Assembly (NCBI RefSeq): GCF_000150275.1
Contig: NW_002060959.1
Span: 122,371 to 186,370, forward strand
From: Trichoplax adhaerens
Lineage: Eukaryota > Animalia > Placozoa
Reading direction: 5' to 3'
Length of the DNA: 64,000 bases
In this document: positions 23,608 through 37,043 of the stretch, one piece after another
Layout of the letters: every line of letters begins with the position of its first letter
How positions within the stretch are numbered: the stretch's first letter is position 1
Made by a program: the position numbers and the translations under genes
The notes under the pieces: model-generated
What the model saw: only the letters and a program-made list of their open reading frames with translations
Told to the model about the DNA's origin: nothing
Databases searched by the model: none

Positions 23608-26512
23608 ATCGGTTAAACAAGTACTCTAAAAACTCTGTATAAATCTCCTTGGATATTCAAGTTTGCAATATATCAAATACGAATTGTTATTTATTCTGTT
23701 TGACGAAATGATGATGATCATAGTAAGAGAAGATGATCATCTATTCATCGCTACTCTGTGCTTTTATCTTGTATTTTAAAACAGACACTTAACAAGAATG
23801 ATCATTATTTTCGTTATTTCATGATAGTTGGCTATCAGCTTATCATGAACAGATTGTTAAAAAGTAAGACATAATGAGCAGTATAGGCTGCACTAAGTCA
23901 AAGTAAGCATAACCTTGTTCGATAATACTGCCTAATAAAGAATATGAAAGTTCGTAATTACTGTAGTAAGATAAGCTAATATTGCTTGTAATCTATATAG
24001 TAATACTAGCAAGCAATATTTTGGTTCATCTTCAAACTTTTGCATTCTTTATGTAATCTTACGGAATTACACTATAAAGTCATTTTATCGTTATTTTCAG
24101 CCAGGGTCAGTTTCGTTGGGCTGAAAGGGATTAAGAATTTTAAATCAGGCTAATCAACACCATCGTACATGAATTTTCATAATGTTAATCTGTAATTATG
24201 CAAAGTAATAATTAAATTGGTATGGATTTGATAATGCAAACTTTCTATTAGATATTCTAATCTACATTTGCTATCTATCATTGAAGTCTATATATACCAT
24301 TATCAGCTGAATTTCTATTCAAGGCTATCTATTATAGCAACTTCTATTTGAACTTGATCAATCAACTATATTAAAGTGCATATTTAAGCTTAACTTTACT
24401 GACTAATTTGGCTTTAAGCTTAACCCATTTCTGTACTCTTTCAGGTCTAAATTTCTCATTTTTATACCATCCTTTAAATTTTATTCCGGGTATAAATTTC
24501 AGCATGCTATTATTTGAAAACTGCTACTAATTTCATTGCTATGCTTATTAACGCCTATAAATGATTTTATAAGCTGAAATAGTTTGTTATTCGAGGTGAT
24601 CGGCTATAATAACTACTCTTTCCAATTTGGTCCATCGATTAATCTAAGAGGCCTGTGCATGCTTGCAATCGCGCATCTATGAATATCTCATCAAAATGCA
24701 GTAAGGATGTGATCTAGATTATTCTTAACTATGACTACCATGATTGGAAGTAAACAAAACTTTGATAAACCAACTTTTTCATTACTTTATTTCTTCATCT
24801 TCAAGTTTCTCATTCATCTTTATCTCGAAATGTTCTTACAAAATTTAATCTGCATGTTGTAATTTATTTTCAATTTGCATGAATTTCATTACGCAAGCGT
24901 GTAGGTAGACTTAAAGCATGGAATGATAGACATAAATCATACCTTATCTTCTATAATAGTCAACTATTAAATAGTCTATGCCATAGTCTCACTGGATAAT
25001 GTATCAATTGCATAAGAATCCATGATAGTTATTGAGCGTCCACATTAATCGGTCTATCATTAGAGAACTTGACTGTTGCAATTCGGCATTACCATCCATT
25101 CGCCAGCGCTTACAAGGTAAGATTTTGGCAGGAGCTAGTTTAGTTCAATCCAGAATGAAAGCTAAAATCGTGTTGTTAAAATGTGATGGTTTCTACTTGA
25201 TTAGCCTTTCCACAACCGTTATTTGCTATAGCATTGATGATTAGCATATAGATTTAGTAGTTAGTAGTCATTCTGTTAACCGATTACTGCCTATTAACTA
25301 ATTTAAGAAATCTTTACAAAGTGGATTAAATTTATTAATTCAATTTAGATTACTATCTTAGTTTAACTTTTTCAGCGAGGTACGCGTCCAAAGTTAATTA
25401 GGTGTGTCTATCCTAAAAGATTGAACGATTTATAGCAGCTTCTTGTCAATAGAACGACAACGTATGATTTCCTCATTGAAAACTACATTAGAATACTAAT
25501 CAGTGTAAGGGTCTGATTTACTAAATTGCTGTTAAAAATTCTTAAGTTAGCGTATTGCAGAAATCATTCCAATCTTCAGTGATCATTTACATAACCTTTT
25601 ATAATAAATTAAATTATACTACGCTTAGCCTTAAAATATGCAAGTTGGTGTGATCGTTTACAAGTGATTGCTCTATTTGTAAATCTTTACTGTTAGATTA
25701 CGATTAAATACTTGTTTTAGTATATCAGTAGCATTGATCGAGAATATTAGTAAGGAAACATCGACAGTATAAAAAGCAATATGTAGGAGATATACGCTAT
25801 TTGTTATAGCTTGGCATTTTCAGGTGCTTAATTTCGTGATGATTTTGTCCTAGTGGTACTTTAGGTGTGAATTATTTTTATTCATTCCGCTAGTTACTCT
25901 GTTAGATTATTTTTTAAAGTAAAATTATTCAACACATAGGGTACATCGCGACGCTTTTGGCTATTTCAATGTCCCTATGATACATAGCTGACTAAGCTAT
26001 AAAATGAAAATTAAATATCAGTAATAAAGAGGCATTAATCTAATAACGATTAAAAACTAGCAAGTATGCTGCTACTGCAGCATACTTGCTATATAAATCA
26101 TGATACTAGCCGTGGTAAATCGTATTACGCGAAATTGATCCATATCTTTATAAATGATAATTAATCATAGACGACATCGAATACTTTAGAGAGCTACTAT
26201 TCTATTTAAACGTTATTTTTAGAAGATTCATTAATAAGTAAACTACAGGAGCGTATATCTAAACATCGCCAGCAGAATAATATTTTCATGGTATTTAATT
26301 TATAGTTTAGTAGTCCCTGATGGTGGTACAGCTGCAAAATGAGTTATATTAGAGTAAAGGCGCCAATCGATTTTTCTTCTATCAGTTTGGATATGCATGT
26401 AGTAGAGCTCTGGTTCAGTGACTAGCTATATGATTTAAATATCAGTCACCATAGCAGAAATTCTGTATCGCTATGTGCTAAAATTTCAATTATCGCTCTT
26501 TTTTATTCAGAA

Positions 26513-29500
26513 ATGGAAGATACCAAGATTAGCAGTAAACCTGTTAAAGTTGCAATTCGTAACTTCGACGATACCATCGTGGACGTCACCTTAACTTATC
26601 CAAACTCACGTAAGTTATCATAATAAATCGTGATTAAAAGAAAGCTAATCAAATAATTTATTTTTTATCATTCGCTATCATAATGAAATTGAAATATAAT
26701 CAGCAACATTTTCTAGAAGATCACTGATAGAAATTCAATTGATATTTATCTTTTTATGACAGCCGCAAATTTCTATTTTGAAAAGATTATCGATGAATGT
26801 AGTGCAAATTGGAAGAAATTGGGCAGGAAGTTAAACATTGATCATAACCAATTGGAAATTATCGACGTAAACAATCGTTGTAATGTTACACAGCAATGTA
26901 CATTAATGTTGCAGTCACATTATCAAAGGAGCGGTAGCAGCTTTACTAAATTAGAGCTTATTAAAGCGCTCTATCTGGCTGGTTGCCGTGCCACAGCCGA
27001 AAAAATTCAATCAATGCCTCCCTGTAAAACTGTAGCAATATCTGGTATGTAAATTATGCATGTTAGTATCAACGCTTACTAGTCTTGATAAATTTTCGTT
27101 CCTATGCTGATTGACAATTTTGTTTACTAGCCCAAAAATTTAAAGTAATAATGACTGTAGGATTGTTAGTATCGTTTCTTAACAAGTTGAAATGGTAAAG
27201 CTGGAATAGATCAGTACCGACTAAAACAATTCTCTTAATTTATTTCAATCTGGCGATAACTATAATGTATCGTATTGGAAGCAAATACAAATGATAGCTG
27301 TCAAGATCGTTCTATGGTTGATAGTGTCAGAGATCAAGGTTAGATACAAAATTAGCAAAGATAAAAGTCATTCAAAACTTAAATATCCCAATATTTAAAT
27401 ATTTATATTAAGGATGCGCTAAAGATCGAAATCAAAGCCATATATCATTGAAATGGCTTCCTTAATATAGAATAGAATTGCTTAAATAGCATATTATAAA
27501 TCCGCTCACTTTATAGACATGAGTAATTAAAATCAAACTTGAACGTCGGCGCCGACAATTTTACTACTCTATATCTGTTTGGAGCTAGAGCTAAAGTATT
27601 TTAAGACGTGAAAAACAGCTATCGTACATGCTCAACATGATCCTATTATAATAGTAAATCTAGTCAATGTAATGTACACTTTTCATACGAGCTAAATGAT
27701 TTTCAATGTAATATTCAATAAGTAGCGGATTAGGATTTTGTAAAATTTTAGAATTTAGCAGAATTACGTAAAAAATAGCGAGTAAAATCAAATAACATGC
27801 TATTGTTAATATCGGTTTGCAATATACTGTACCGGTAAAGCTATAATTGGAATTGTAATACGAGGAACCTACCGCTTTAAATTAATCAAGATTTGCTACA
27901 TATTCCATCATAAACGGAGTTGCTTCTGATAAGCTAGATGGTCGATAGCATAAAGGCAAACTGACCATTATTTAGTACAATGTCATTAATATGGTATAAT
28001 CAAGAAATAGATAGCTAACTGATAAAGAATTTTATACAGTCTCTAATAAACGATTCTTCTTTAATTTTTGAGTAGTCGACAATAGATCGTATCCTGCTAG
28101 AAATTGTAGTACAGGTATCGTTTTTTAGATTAATTTGAATCATAATTTTTGCCCAAGAATTATAGTATGTCAGAGATGATTGAAGCTATAAATAAGTTAT
28201 AACAGATTAATTAATCCCGATTTTTTTTTGTGTAGATATTAGCGAATATTTTTTTGTTGTTGCTCAAGAACTCAAGTCTGATTGGACTAAACTAGCTGAC
28301 ATGCTAGATCAAAGTAAAGAAATTGACATAACAAGAATTCAAGATGAAAATGAGACCGACTTTGATAGAACACATGCATTCTTAGAAAAGTGGAAAGAAA
28401 TTTACAAGGATGAGGCTACGAAAAGACGATTAAAGGCTGCTTTACAAGCCATAAGAAGACCAGAAATTGCCAGCATGATCGGTATCTCTATTCTCTATGA
28501 TTATGTTACAGCTTAATTTAATATCAAATACTTTCAAGACCAATATTAAAATGCTACTCAAATTTAACAAATATTTTAATATTAACCCTATGTTTACTGA
28601 ATTTAAAATAAGTTTAAAAGTGACATCTATTTTGGATGCTTTAAGATAAGCAAAAAGATGATCATCAAAACATAAATGGCCGTCTATTAGCGAACAATAA
28701 GTCTAGAACTAGTAATAATCCTATTCAAACTACAGATTCAACTGCAAGTAAAGGTAAAAAATTGTTATTTCATCAAATTTTATTTATAAGATAGCTTGAT
28801 TCATTAAAGAATCAGGTGAATAATCTGATTGAGCCTATTGTTGAATATTATAAAGATATCGCAAAAATGTTACTGAAAGTATTTATTCTATCATTTCAGT
28901 AAATGACACACAAGGAGCCACGAATAATTATAATCCTATTGGAACAAGAGACGCAACTAAAAGTAGAGGTATCAAAATGCGTATCGATCAAATTATATTT
29001 TACGGGCTGATAAATTCATGGGATAAACAGATGGAAAATATTATTAATGCGTTTGTAATTCTATTTTAAACTAAGATTAAGTACTATAGATCGCGTTCAA
29101 ATATTTTTAATGGATTCGAGTAATTTGTTCTGCCAGTTTTTGATTTCTTTACGATAGGCAAACTAATATTAGCTGTATAAAGCAAAAAGTTCATCATGCA
29201 CATTTTGATGACTAATTGTGTAATAATTTCTACATTGTAGCCGAGTTGCGGACAAAGCTATCAAATCAACATTTTAGAAAGGCTTTAGAATATTACTGGA
29301 AAACTTTTATTGACCGTGTTCCAGCTGAGGATAGTAATTTCTTGAATAATTTAAGGCAAAGAGGAATTTTAAGTGATCGACAAATTACCGAGATTGAACA
29401 CACTATCCATAAATCTGATAAATCGCAGAAGATATACGACATCTTATCTGTCGAGCGTGACGTTGAAGATTTCATACGATTTTGTCAAGCACTTGGAGAG

Positions 29501-29584
29501 TATAGCGCTAGTTCCGTTCAAAACTTCGCAAAGGATTTAGAATTAAAAGCATACGGGTATACAGATCGGAAACTTGCGAAGTAA
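26513..29584 (+). CDS. Death-fold adaptor, Death-Death-CARD, ~413 aa; exons 26513-26609, 26763-27044, 27282-27338, 28076-28114, 28236-28481, 28646-28753, 28900-28968, 29241-29584
   Basis: All introns are GT-AG phase 1 and the spliced CDS is 1242 nt in frame. DD1: ANWKKLGRKLNI..MLQSH..LIKALYLAGCRATAEKI. DD2: SDWTKLADML..FLEKWKE..LKAALQAIRRPEIA. CARD: FLNNLRQRGILSDRQITEI..SQKIYDIL..FIRFCQAL. Micro-exons are less certain. Confidence 0.8.
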
Positions 29585-32272
29585 AAGTATTTCCTATAGA
29601 TAGCAAGTTTTAGGATGATCAATATTCCAAGAACATCAAGCTTTTATATCTAATACCAATCGTTAATTTACTGCCCTTGTCCAGCGCTTTCATCAACAAT
29701 TATGCAGAAGTTACCATTTCCAGTTTTTAAAATTATTCTTAGGAAATTAGAGGTTTATTTTTAACTTAAGCTAGCAATTCCTTTTCGAAAAGAATATTTT
29801 GATATGTAATTATCAAGATGGGATACAGAAAATTATTAATAAATATGTTGCATTAGTGTCGTAAGGTTGAATATAATTAACTACTGATGTGATAAGTAGC
29901 AGAATAGGTTTTAAGCAGTTAATGATATTAACATTACCATTCTAGCATTAATTTTATTGTTTACTATAACTATCGGATAAGCGTCGAGAGATACAGAAAT
30001 CATGTATAGTTTCTGCCACAGTGTAAAAGTGGATATCGCAATAAAAATATCATGTGCAAATAAAACTATAGATAAGCTATGGAGTAATAAATAATGTGAT
30101 TAGAGTATCGAAACTGTTATAAGTTGTAAATCTTAAATTTAGAGAGGTGATAGAATATATCCACATAATATCATTTTATACTTTCTGCACATGCTTCGAC
30201 ACTTGTTTTCATAAACCAGGATCCTAATCCATCGTAGTTTAATTTCGATTCTGTCTTGAAATATTTTTAAGATAATCTGGCAGAAATATTTACTTTAAAA
30301 TTTACAACTAATTATAACTGATTTACTCATTTAACCAATACACCAAAATTGTGTTTGCCACAATGTTTTTGTCATAACAGTACTAAATGTATTTCAAGTA
30401 GTGTGATATTTGACTGTAGACTATGATGGTGATAACTGCTCTTCCTTAGCTTATTCAAATACAGCTATCGCATATTAGATAGCCAAATATTAAACTAAAT
30501 GCAATAGGTTGTTTTTTACGTGTTACTACTTTAAATGGTAATCAAAATAAATCAACAACATATTGAATAACACTGGCACCTATATGTCATATTATAAATA
30601 TAGAACTAGAAATAGGATATTAATTCATGAATTCACTATACTAATAATTAACTAATGTATGTTGATAAATAATGGACGATAGATATTAATATAAGTGTGT
30701 GACAGTGTTATATACTGTATTAGAGTAGAAATATCTATGTTAGGATAATCCTGTTAGCCTATCCTTATTTAGTTTACTTCTAATTTGGATATACTGTGTT
30801 TTAATATAGCACTGACTTTTTTATGAAAGAGACATATATACACATACTGAATTAATAGTTATAATAGGAAATGCAAATCATCTACTTACAGTTCGAATCA
30901 TTGTGATTGTAACTTACTTATGGTAGATTGTAAATTATCGTGGAAATGTTCCGTGATAGGACATATCGTAATCTGACTATTCTGTATTAGTCATCAGATG
31001 TCTATGTTCGTAAATACCGTTGTCTGTATTAAGGGAACAGTAGCTATAATTAATATCTAATTCAGTACATGATTCCAAAGTTAATCTTACTAACTATGAC
31101 TCATGATCTATTGAGGAATAGTATATAAATGCAGTATATCGTGTAATAAAGTGGATTCTCAAACTTAGTGTTTAACGTAAAATACGAGGCGTTTAAGTCT
31201 TTGTGTAGTCTGCTAGTAGAGCAAAAGTGTTTCTGATAGTGCAGATATCGTTCCTTGATACGTGGCTCAAGGAATTGACTTATTGATCGTACATTGCGTT
31301 ATCTTATATTACGTTATCTTGTATTATCTTGAATTCATGAATTATGAAAGTTCAGTGAACTATTAATTATTAGCTAGCAGCTATGAGACTTCATTCATTA
31401 CGGCACTTATTCTGTACAATTTAATCATTATATCTGTTTTTTGATTGAATAAACCTTGCCTACAACAACAAATTTATCTATCGCTATCATTCCACCGACA
31501 TAAATTAGAATAAAATGTTAATAATTTAAACTTTTATCGGGTTGCTTAATGACTGTGGCTTCTAAAATAATGTACTACATAAAATAAATTAACCCTTGTC
31601 GCAAAAAACTTTTCTAAACCAGCCATCTCTACCATATCTTAATACACAAGTTTGCTATCGGTAATTGCAGTGGCAACGCTGTAAAGTTTGATCATTTCGC
31701 TTAAACTTCCAACAAGTAATGAATAGCAGCTTCAGTTTATTACGTAGAACAATTAGAAACTATGTGTGGTATATGAGTTGCGATTATTAGTCTCCAGAGA
31801 CACCACATAATATAGTTGTAAAATTTAAATAACAATGATAAATTAGGTAGCACTGGCCCAAATTGAAATATTTTTTTATTACCAATCTTTTGAGTTATTT
31901 TCAGCTAAATTATTCTAACTTGATCAGTGTTGATTAATTTTTCTCGCTGCAGTTCTTTTTCAATATAGAGGGCTTACTCTTCCACCAACCTATCGACGAG
32001 GGAAGGATAAGAATAATTTTAGTATTTACTGTGATAGGTTGCATATAATGGTCGCCGTGATTGCTTACTTCCGTTGCGTTATTGTATACTTACAGGATTC
32101 ACAAGTTGATTAGCCTTACTCTAGGAAAAATTCTCAAGTTTGCATTCTTTATCTGTCTGTATTTAAATGGCTACCCTAATCAACCTGAATGGTATTACAA
32201 GCTTCAACACTTTGAATTGGTAAACTATTATACAATTATACCTTTCTACTTATATTCAAGTTTAAACGCATC

Positions 32273-33925
32273 ATGGCTGATATTGATAAACAAGCCCGCC
32301 GCATAAAACCGTTAGAAGCTCTTTCTAATGATGATGAAAATAACGTTAATGATAAGACATATTTACTCGATAGCCACGATCATGAAGCAGAGGAAAATTA
32401 CTTGGATGGTATCCTCACCGCGAAAGATGGTACTTTGAGCATCGATGATATCGTGAATTCTTCAGTAGTGGGACTCTTTCACATCTTTGTAACAATTTCT
32501 TGTGGATTATGTTATTCCACTGCTACTATCATTTTAAACGCATATAGTTCATTTATTGTAGCAGCATGTGATTTACACATTACGATAAGCAATAGTAGTT
32601 GGGTGGGCTCATCCTTATCTATAGGTATGATGATTGGTAGTTTAGTACTCGGAATCGTAAGTGATTATATTGGTAGACGGAAAACAATTTTAATATCTGT
32701 ATCTTGTAATATCATTATTATGATTGTTTCGGCATTTTCGTACAATTATCTGATGGCTGCATTATTGGCTTTTCTTAATGGATTTTGTCTCGGTGGTGTC
32801 ATAACAAGTTGCCATCCGTACATGGTCGAATTTTTACCAAAACGATATCGTGGCCTGTCAGTTCCTTGCATGACTTCATTTGTCATCTTTGGTAATATTT
32901 ATTGCAATGTAACTGGGTTCCTGATATTACCATTTCGATTTTATTACTCAATAGGAGAAATCTACTTCACAAGTTGGCGGTTACATTTTATTATTTGCAC
33001 TGTGCCAATGTTGATAGGGATTCTTTCACTTCTTTTCTTACCTAATAGTTTAAGATTTACATTAAAACGAGGAAATACTATTCAAGTTGTGCAAATCTTC
33101 AATCAAATAGATCGGATTAATGCATTTTGTTACTGTAAGAAAAAATCATGGCATCGTTTAAAAACTAATGCATTTTTAAGTTATTGCGTTGCTAAAAATA
33201 TGGATAAAATTCAAATCAGTACGACTGCAACAACTTTAAGACAAACTATTGCGACCCTAACTCAATGGCCATGGCTTAAAAGACTAATTGTTATATCAGT
33301 TGGCTGGTTTGGATATTGTTTCATTTTTAAAGGATTAGTTCAATGGTGGCCTGTAATAATTTCTTATTACTCTAAAGGTCATTCTTGCTGGCATAATTCT
33401 TTTAACTCTAGTGTGATCGAGCATTCCCTTAGTAGCAACTATTCTGTTACTACATTTTGTATTGGTAGTTCTCGTTTGCGATTTGTATTAACAAATCTTA
33501 TAATTGGTAATTTATTAGCTATTCCAGTAGCAATAGCTTGTATTCTACTAATTAATCGTACTGGCCGTAAATTTCAATTTTGTGCCTTTGCCATCATCAT
33601 GAGTTTACTTGTCTTCTTGATATGGATCATTGATAATGCATTAAGTACGACTATACTAGTAACTATTTTTATAGCTGTTAGTAATAATGTTTGGTTACCG
33701 CTTAAATTATGGACATCAGAATTATTTTTAACAAAAGTAAGAGCCACAGTATTCGGTATCTGCAATGTTATAGGTAATCTCGGAGCTCTACTTTGTATTG
33801 CTATCTTTCCTGTACTATTTCAAGCAAGCTGTATTGCAGCTCTTACTATACCAGCAGCAATTTGGCTCGTATGTTCATTATTGTGTATTATTTTACCAGA
33901 TACAACGGAATCAAATATTGACTAA
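32273..33925 (+). CDS. SV2/SVOP-like MFS transporter (550 aa), single coding exon
   Basis: Multi-pass hydrophobic pattern, motif A GIVSDYIGRR, ACDL, EFLPKRYRG, SWRL, ELFLTKVRA, LPDT. Confidence 0.9.
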   Translation: MADIDKQARRIKPLEALSNDDENNVNDKTYLLDSHDHEAEENYLDGILTAKDGTLSIDDIVNSSVVGLFHIFVTISCGLCYSTATIILNAYSSFIVAACDLHITISNSSWVGSSLSIGMMIGSLVLGIVSDYIGRRKTILISVSCNIIIMIVSAFSYNYLMAALLAFLNGFCLGGVITSCHPYMVEFLPKRYRGLSVPCMTSFVIFGNIYCNVTGFLILPFRFYYSIGEIYFTSWRLHFIICTVPMLIGILSLLFLPNSLRFTLKRGNTIQVVQIFNQIDRINAFCYCKKKSWHRLKTNAFLSYCVAKNMDKIQISTTATTLRQTIATLTQWPWLKRLIVISVGWFGYCFIFKGLVQWWPVIISYYSKGHSCWHNSFNSSVIEHSLSSNYSVTTFCIGSSRLRFVLTNLIIGNLLAIPVAIACILLINRTGRKFQFCAFAIIMSLLVFLIWIIDNALSTTILVTIFIAVSNNVWLPLKLWTSELFLTKVRATVFGICNVIGNLGALLCIAIFPVLFQASCIAALTIPAAIWLVCSLLCIILPDTTESNID

Positions 33926-35377
33926 GAAAGAGAGTCAAGGTTATACAGAATTCAGTGGCTCTATATCGATAATTTCCGTTACTGTTATGTAACACATTGA
34001 AGTACAATCCATAAACTCTTATCATCGTAAAATTAGAATTAGATACGCATATCAATTTTTTATCATGCAGAAATGTTATAACAGATTAGAATATAATACT
34101 AATCCTACAATTTTATTATCATCCTAAGTTCTGTAAGTGTTAAGTGATGTTATTCGCAATCATTATACCGTAAAAAAATTAGTTAAGGTATTTAAGCGGC
34201 TACACTTTTCCAAGATTTGCTGTTGTAAGTAGTTTTCTTTGTCACTCAGAGCTTGTTGCATTATAACGTAGTATCTCAATCTGTAGGCAATCAGTAATAA
34301 AATCTGCTTTTATAAAAATACTTGTGTGACCTATATGCTAATTACAGTTGGTAGAATAGTTTTTTTTAAAATATTTTCATAAAGAAATTATAACATGTAG
34401 TATTGCCTGTGATAAAAAGTTGCAATTTGTGGAATATTTAGTGCTTTTACTTATATTAGCGTGCATAAGGTATATCATTTAGACTGAATGTAAATATAGC
34501 TTATATAAATTGAAATAAATAGGCATGACAAATCGAAACGAATATTATCAATGCCATTATTCCAATAAAACTCATGTTTAAATAGTTTAGAACATAGTAT
34601 TGATGCAACTGATTAGCGAAATCCCACCTTACGTCTGAAAAATAGCTGGTTTGTTATGTAATTTCTGTCGATAATATCTTACAATAAACAAATTCTAGCG
34701 TCAATTGATAAAAATTACTTACGGTATTAACTCTACAGTCTTTGAGGAAGTAGACAACAATTTTTTCAGCTGTGATCACTATCACTAGTCGAGATTTACT
34801 CAACAATTGGAGATTTCGGTAAGTGAAGAAAATTTTTTATTGAGTAACCCCTGACTTTAATGTAGCAATGAAAGACGCTGAAGAGAGCACGTTGATGTTA
34901 TGGGTTTCGCAAGTTTGCCGAATTCTTGATAATACTTTAGTTTACTCATAGCTCACCAATACAATTATTTCAACGATTTTTCGGTAATGAGTTCACTGAT
35001 TTTATGCACTAGAGATAATGCTTATTGTCCATTACGCATTAATACGAGTATATAACATCCTTATTTAATATTACCATTAAATAAGCCGTTAATTATTAGT
35101 TAGCAGTTATGTGAGATCTTATCTGCTACTTATGCCAAGTGTTTTAAGCGTAAGACCTATTTTTTGATTGCAGAACTGTGCCCAAAATAATAAATTCATA
35201 AGTTGTTTAATTTTGCCCAACAAGGGATATATATATATATTTGTATCCTCTATCAGCTGTAACTGGTTTCCTATCTAAATCAACCGAAAGAGCGTTCGTA
35301 AATTTCAACATTTTAAATTTATAATTTATTGTATAATTTAATTTTTCTGCTTACGAATATTTACATTTAAATACGTC

Positions 35378-37043
35378 ATGACCGATATTGATAAACAAGC
35401 CCGCACTGTAAAAGCGTCAGAAGCTCTTTCTGTTGACGATGTAAATGATGTTAATGACATAACTAATTTACTAGATAATTACGATATTAGAGCAGAAGAA
35501 AATTATTTAGATCGTATTTTCAACGCAAAAGATGATAGCTTGAACGTCGATAATGTCGTCGATTCTTCAGTAGTCGGATTCTTTCATGTCTTAGCAACAA
35601 TTCCTTGCGGATTATACTTTTATAGTAATAGTAAAAGATTATTATTCGGCCATTACATACTGCTAGTGACATTTTAAACGGATATAGTTTAGTCATTATA
35701 GCAGCATGTAATTTAGATATTACTATTAGCAATAGCAGTTGGTTGGGCTAATCCGTAGAGATAGGTATGACGAATGGCAGCTTAGTACTAGGAACCTTAG
35801 GCGAATACATCGGTCGAAGGAAAACAATTTTAATATCCATCTTTTGTAATATAATTCTTATGATTGTTTCGTCACTCTCTTATAATTATATCATGACTGC
35901 AGTATTGGCTTTTCTTAATTGATTGTGCCTTGGTGGCATCATTACAAACTGTCATCCTTACCAAGACGTTTTGTGGTCTTTCAGTTCCTTGCATGACTCC
36001 ATTTGTCATCTTTGGCTCTATCTATTCCAATGTAACTGGATTACTGATACTGCCATTTCGATTTTATAACCCAATTGGAGAAATCTACTTCACAAGTTAG
36101 CGTTTAAACTTGATTATTTGCGCTATGTCGATGTTGATAGGGCTTCTTACACTTCTTTCCTTGCCTAATAGTTTACGATTCACATTGAAATGAGGAAATG
36201 AAGCTCAAGTTGCACAAACCTTAAATCAAATAGATCGAATTAATTCAATTTGTTATTGCAAGAAGAATTTATCTCATCGCTTTGAAACTAATGCACTTTT
36301 ATGCAATTTCATTATTAAAAATAAGGACAAAATTCAAATCGATAAAGCAACTTTCAGACAAAATATAGCGAAATTAACTCAATCGCCTTGGCTTAAAAGA
36401 TTACTTATTCTATTATTTGGCTGGTTTTCATATTGTTTCACTTTTCAAGGATTACTTCAATGGTTGCCAACAATAATTTCTTTTTTTTCACTAAAGGTCA
36501 TTGTTGTTGGCATAATTCTATTAACTTAAGTGTGACCGGGCATTTACTTGATTACAACCTTTCTGTCACTACATTTTGTGTTGATAGTCTCATTTGTGAG
36601 CTGTATTAACAAATCTTGTAATGGGAAGTTTGCTAGCTATTCCAATAGCCATAGTTTGTATTTTACTAATAGATCGGACTGGCCGTAAATGGCCATTTTG
36701 TATTATTGCCATCACCATAAGTTTACTTGTTTTCTAAGTATGGATCATTGATAACGCATCAAGTACGAATATATTTGTAACCATTATTACAGCTATTGGT
36801 TGTAATGTCTAATTACCGCTTAAATTATGGACATCTGAATTATTTTTATCAGAAATTAGGGCGACATTTCTGGGTATCTGCAGTTTCATGTGTAATTTCG
36901 GAACACTGCCATGTATAGCTATCTTTCCCGTACTATTTTAAACTAGCTGTATCACAGCTCTTATTACACCGGCAGCAATATGCTTCATAGGTGGACTATT
37001 ATGTATCATTTTACTAGACACAACAGAGTTAGATATTAACTAA
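35378..37043 (+). pseudogene. Pseudogene of SV2-like transporter (tandem duplicate of 32273 gene)
   Basis: Collinear with 32273-33925 including flanks. Insertion near 35620-35660, ~16-nt frameshifting deletion near 35960, and several in-frame stops (e.g. TGG>TAG ~36098, CGA>TGA ~36191). Confidence 0.9.

Noticed and set aside
25064-25116. Extra coding exon of the death-fold gene
   Set aside because: Good donor, but I could not establish a start codon or in-frame link; at most a 5' UTR exon.
106-29584. TIR + FASN + Death-Death-CARD as one functional gene cluster
   Set aside because: The TIR gene is separated by two gaps of unknown size, and eukaryotic adjacency alone does not imply shared function.
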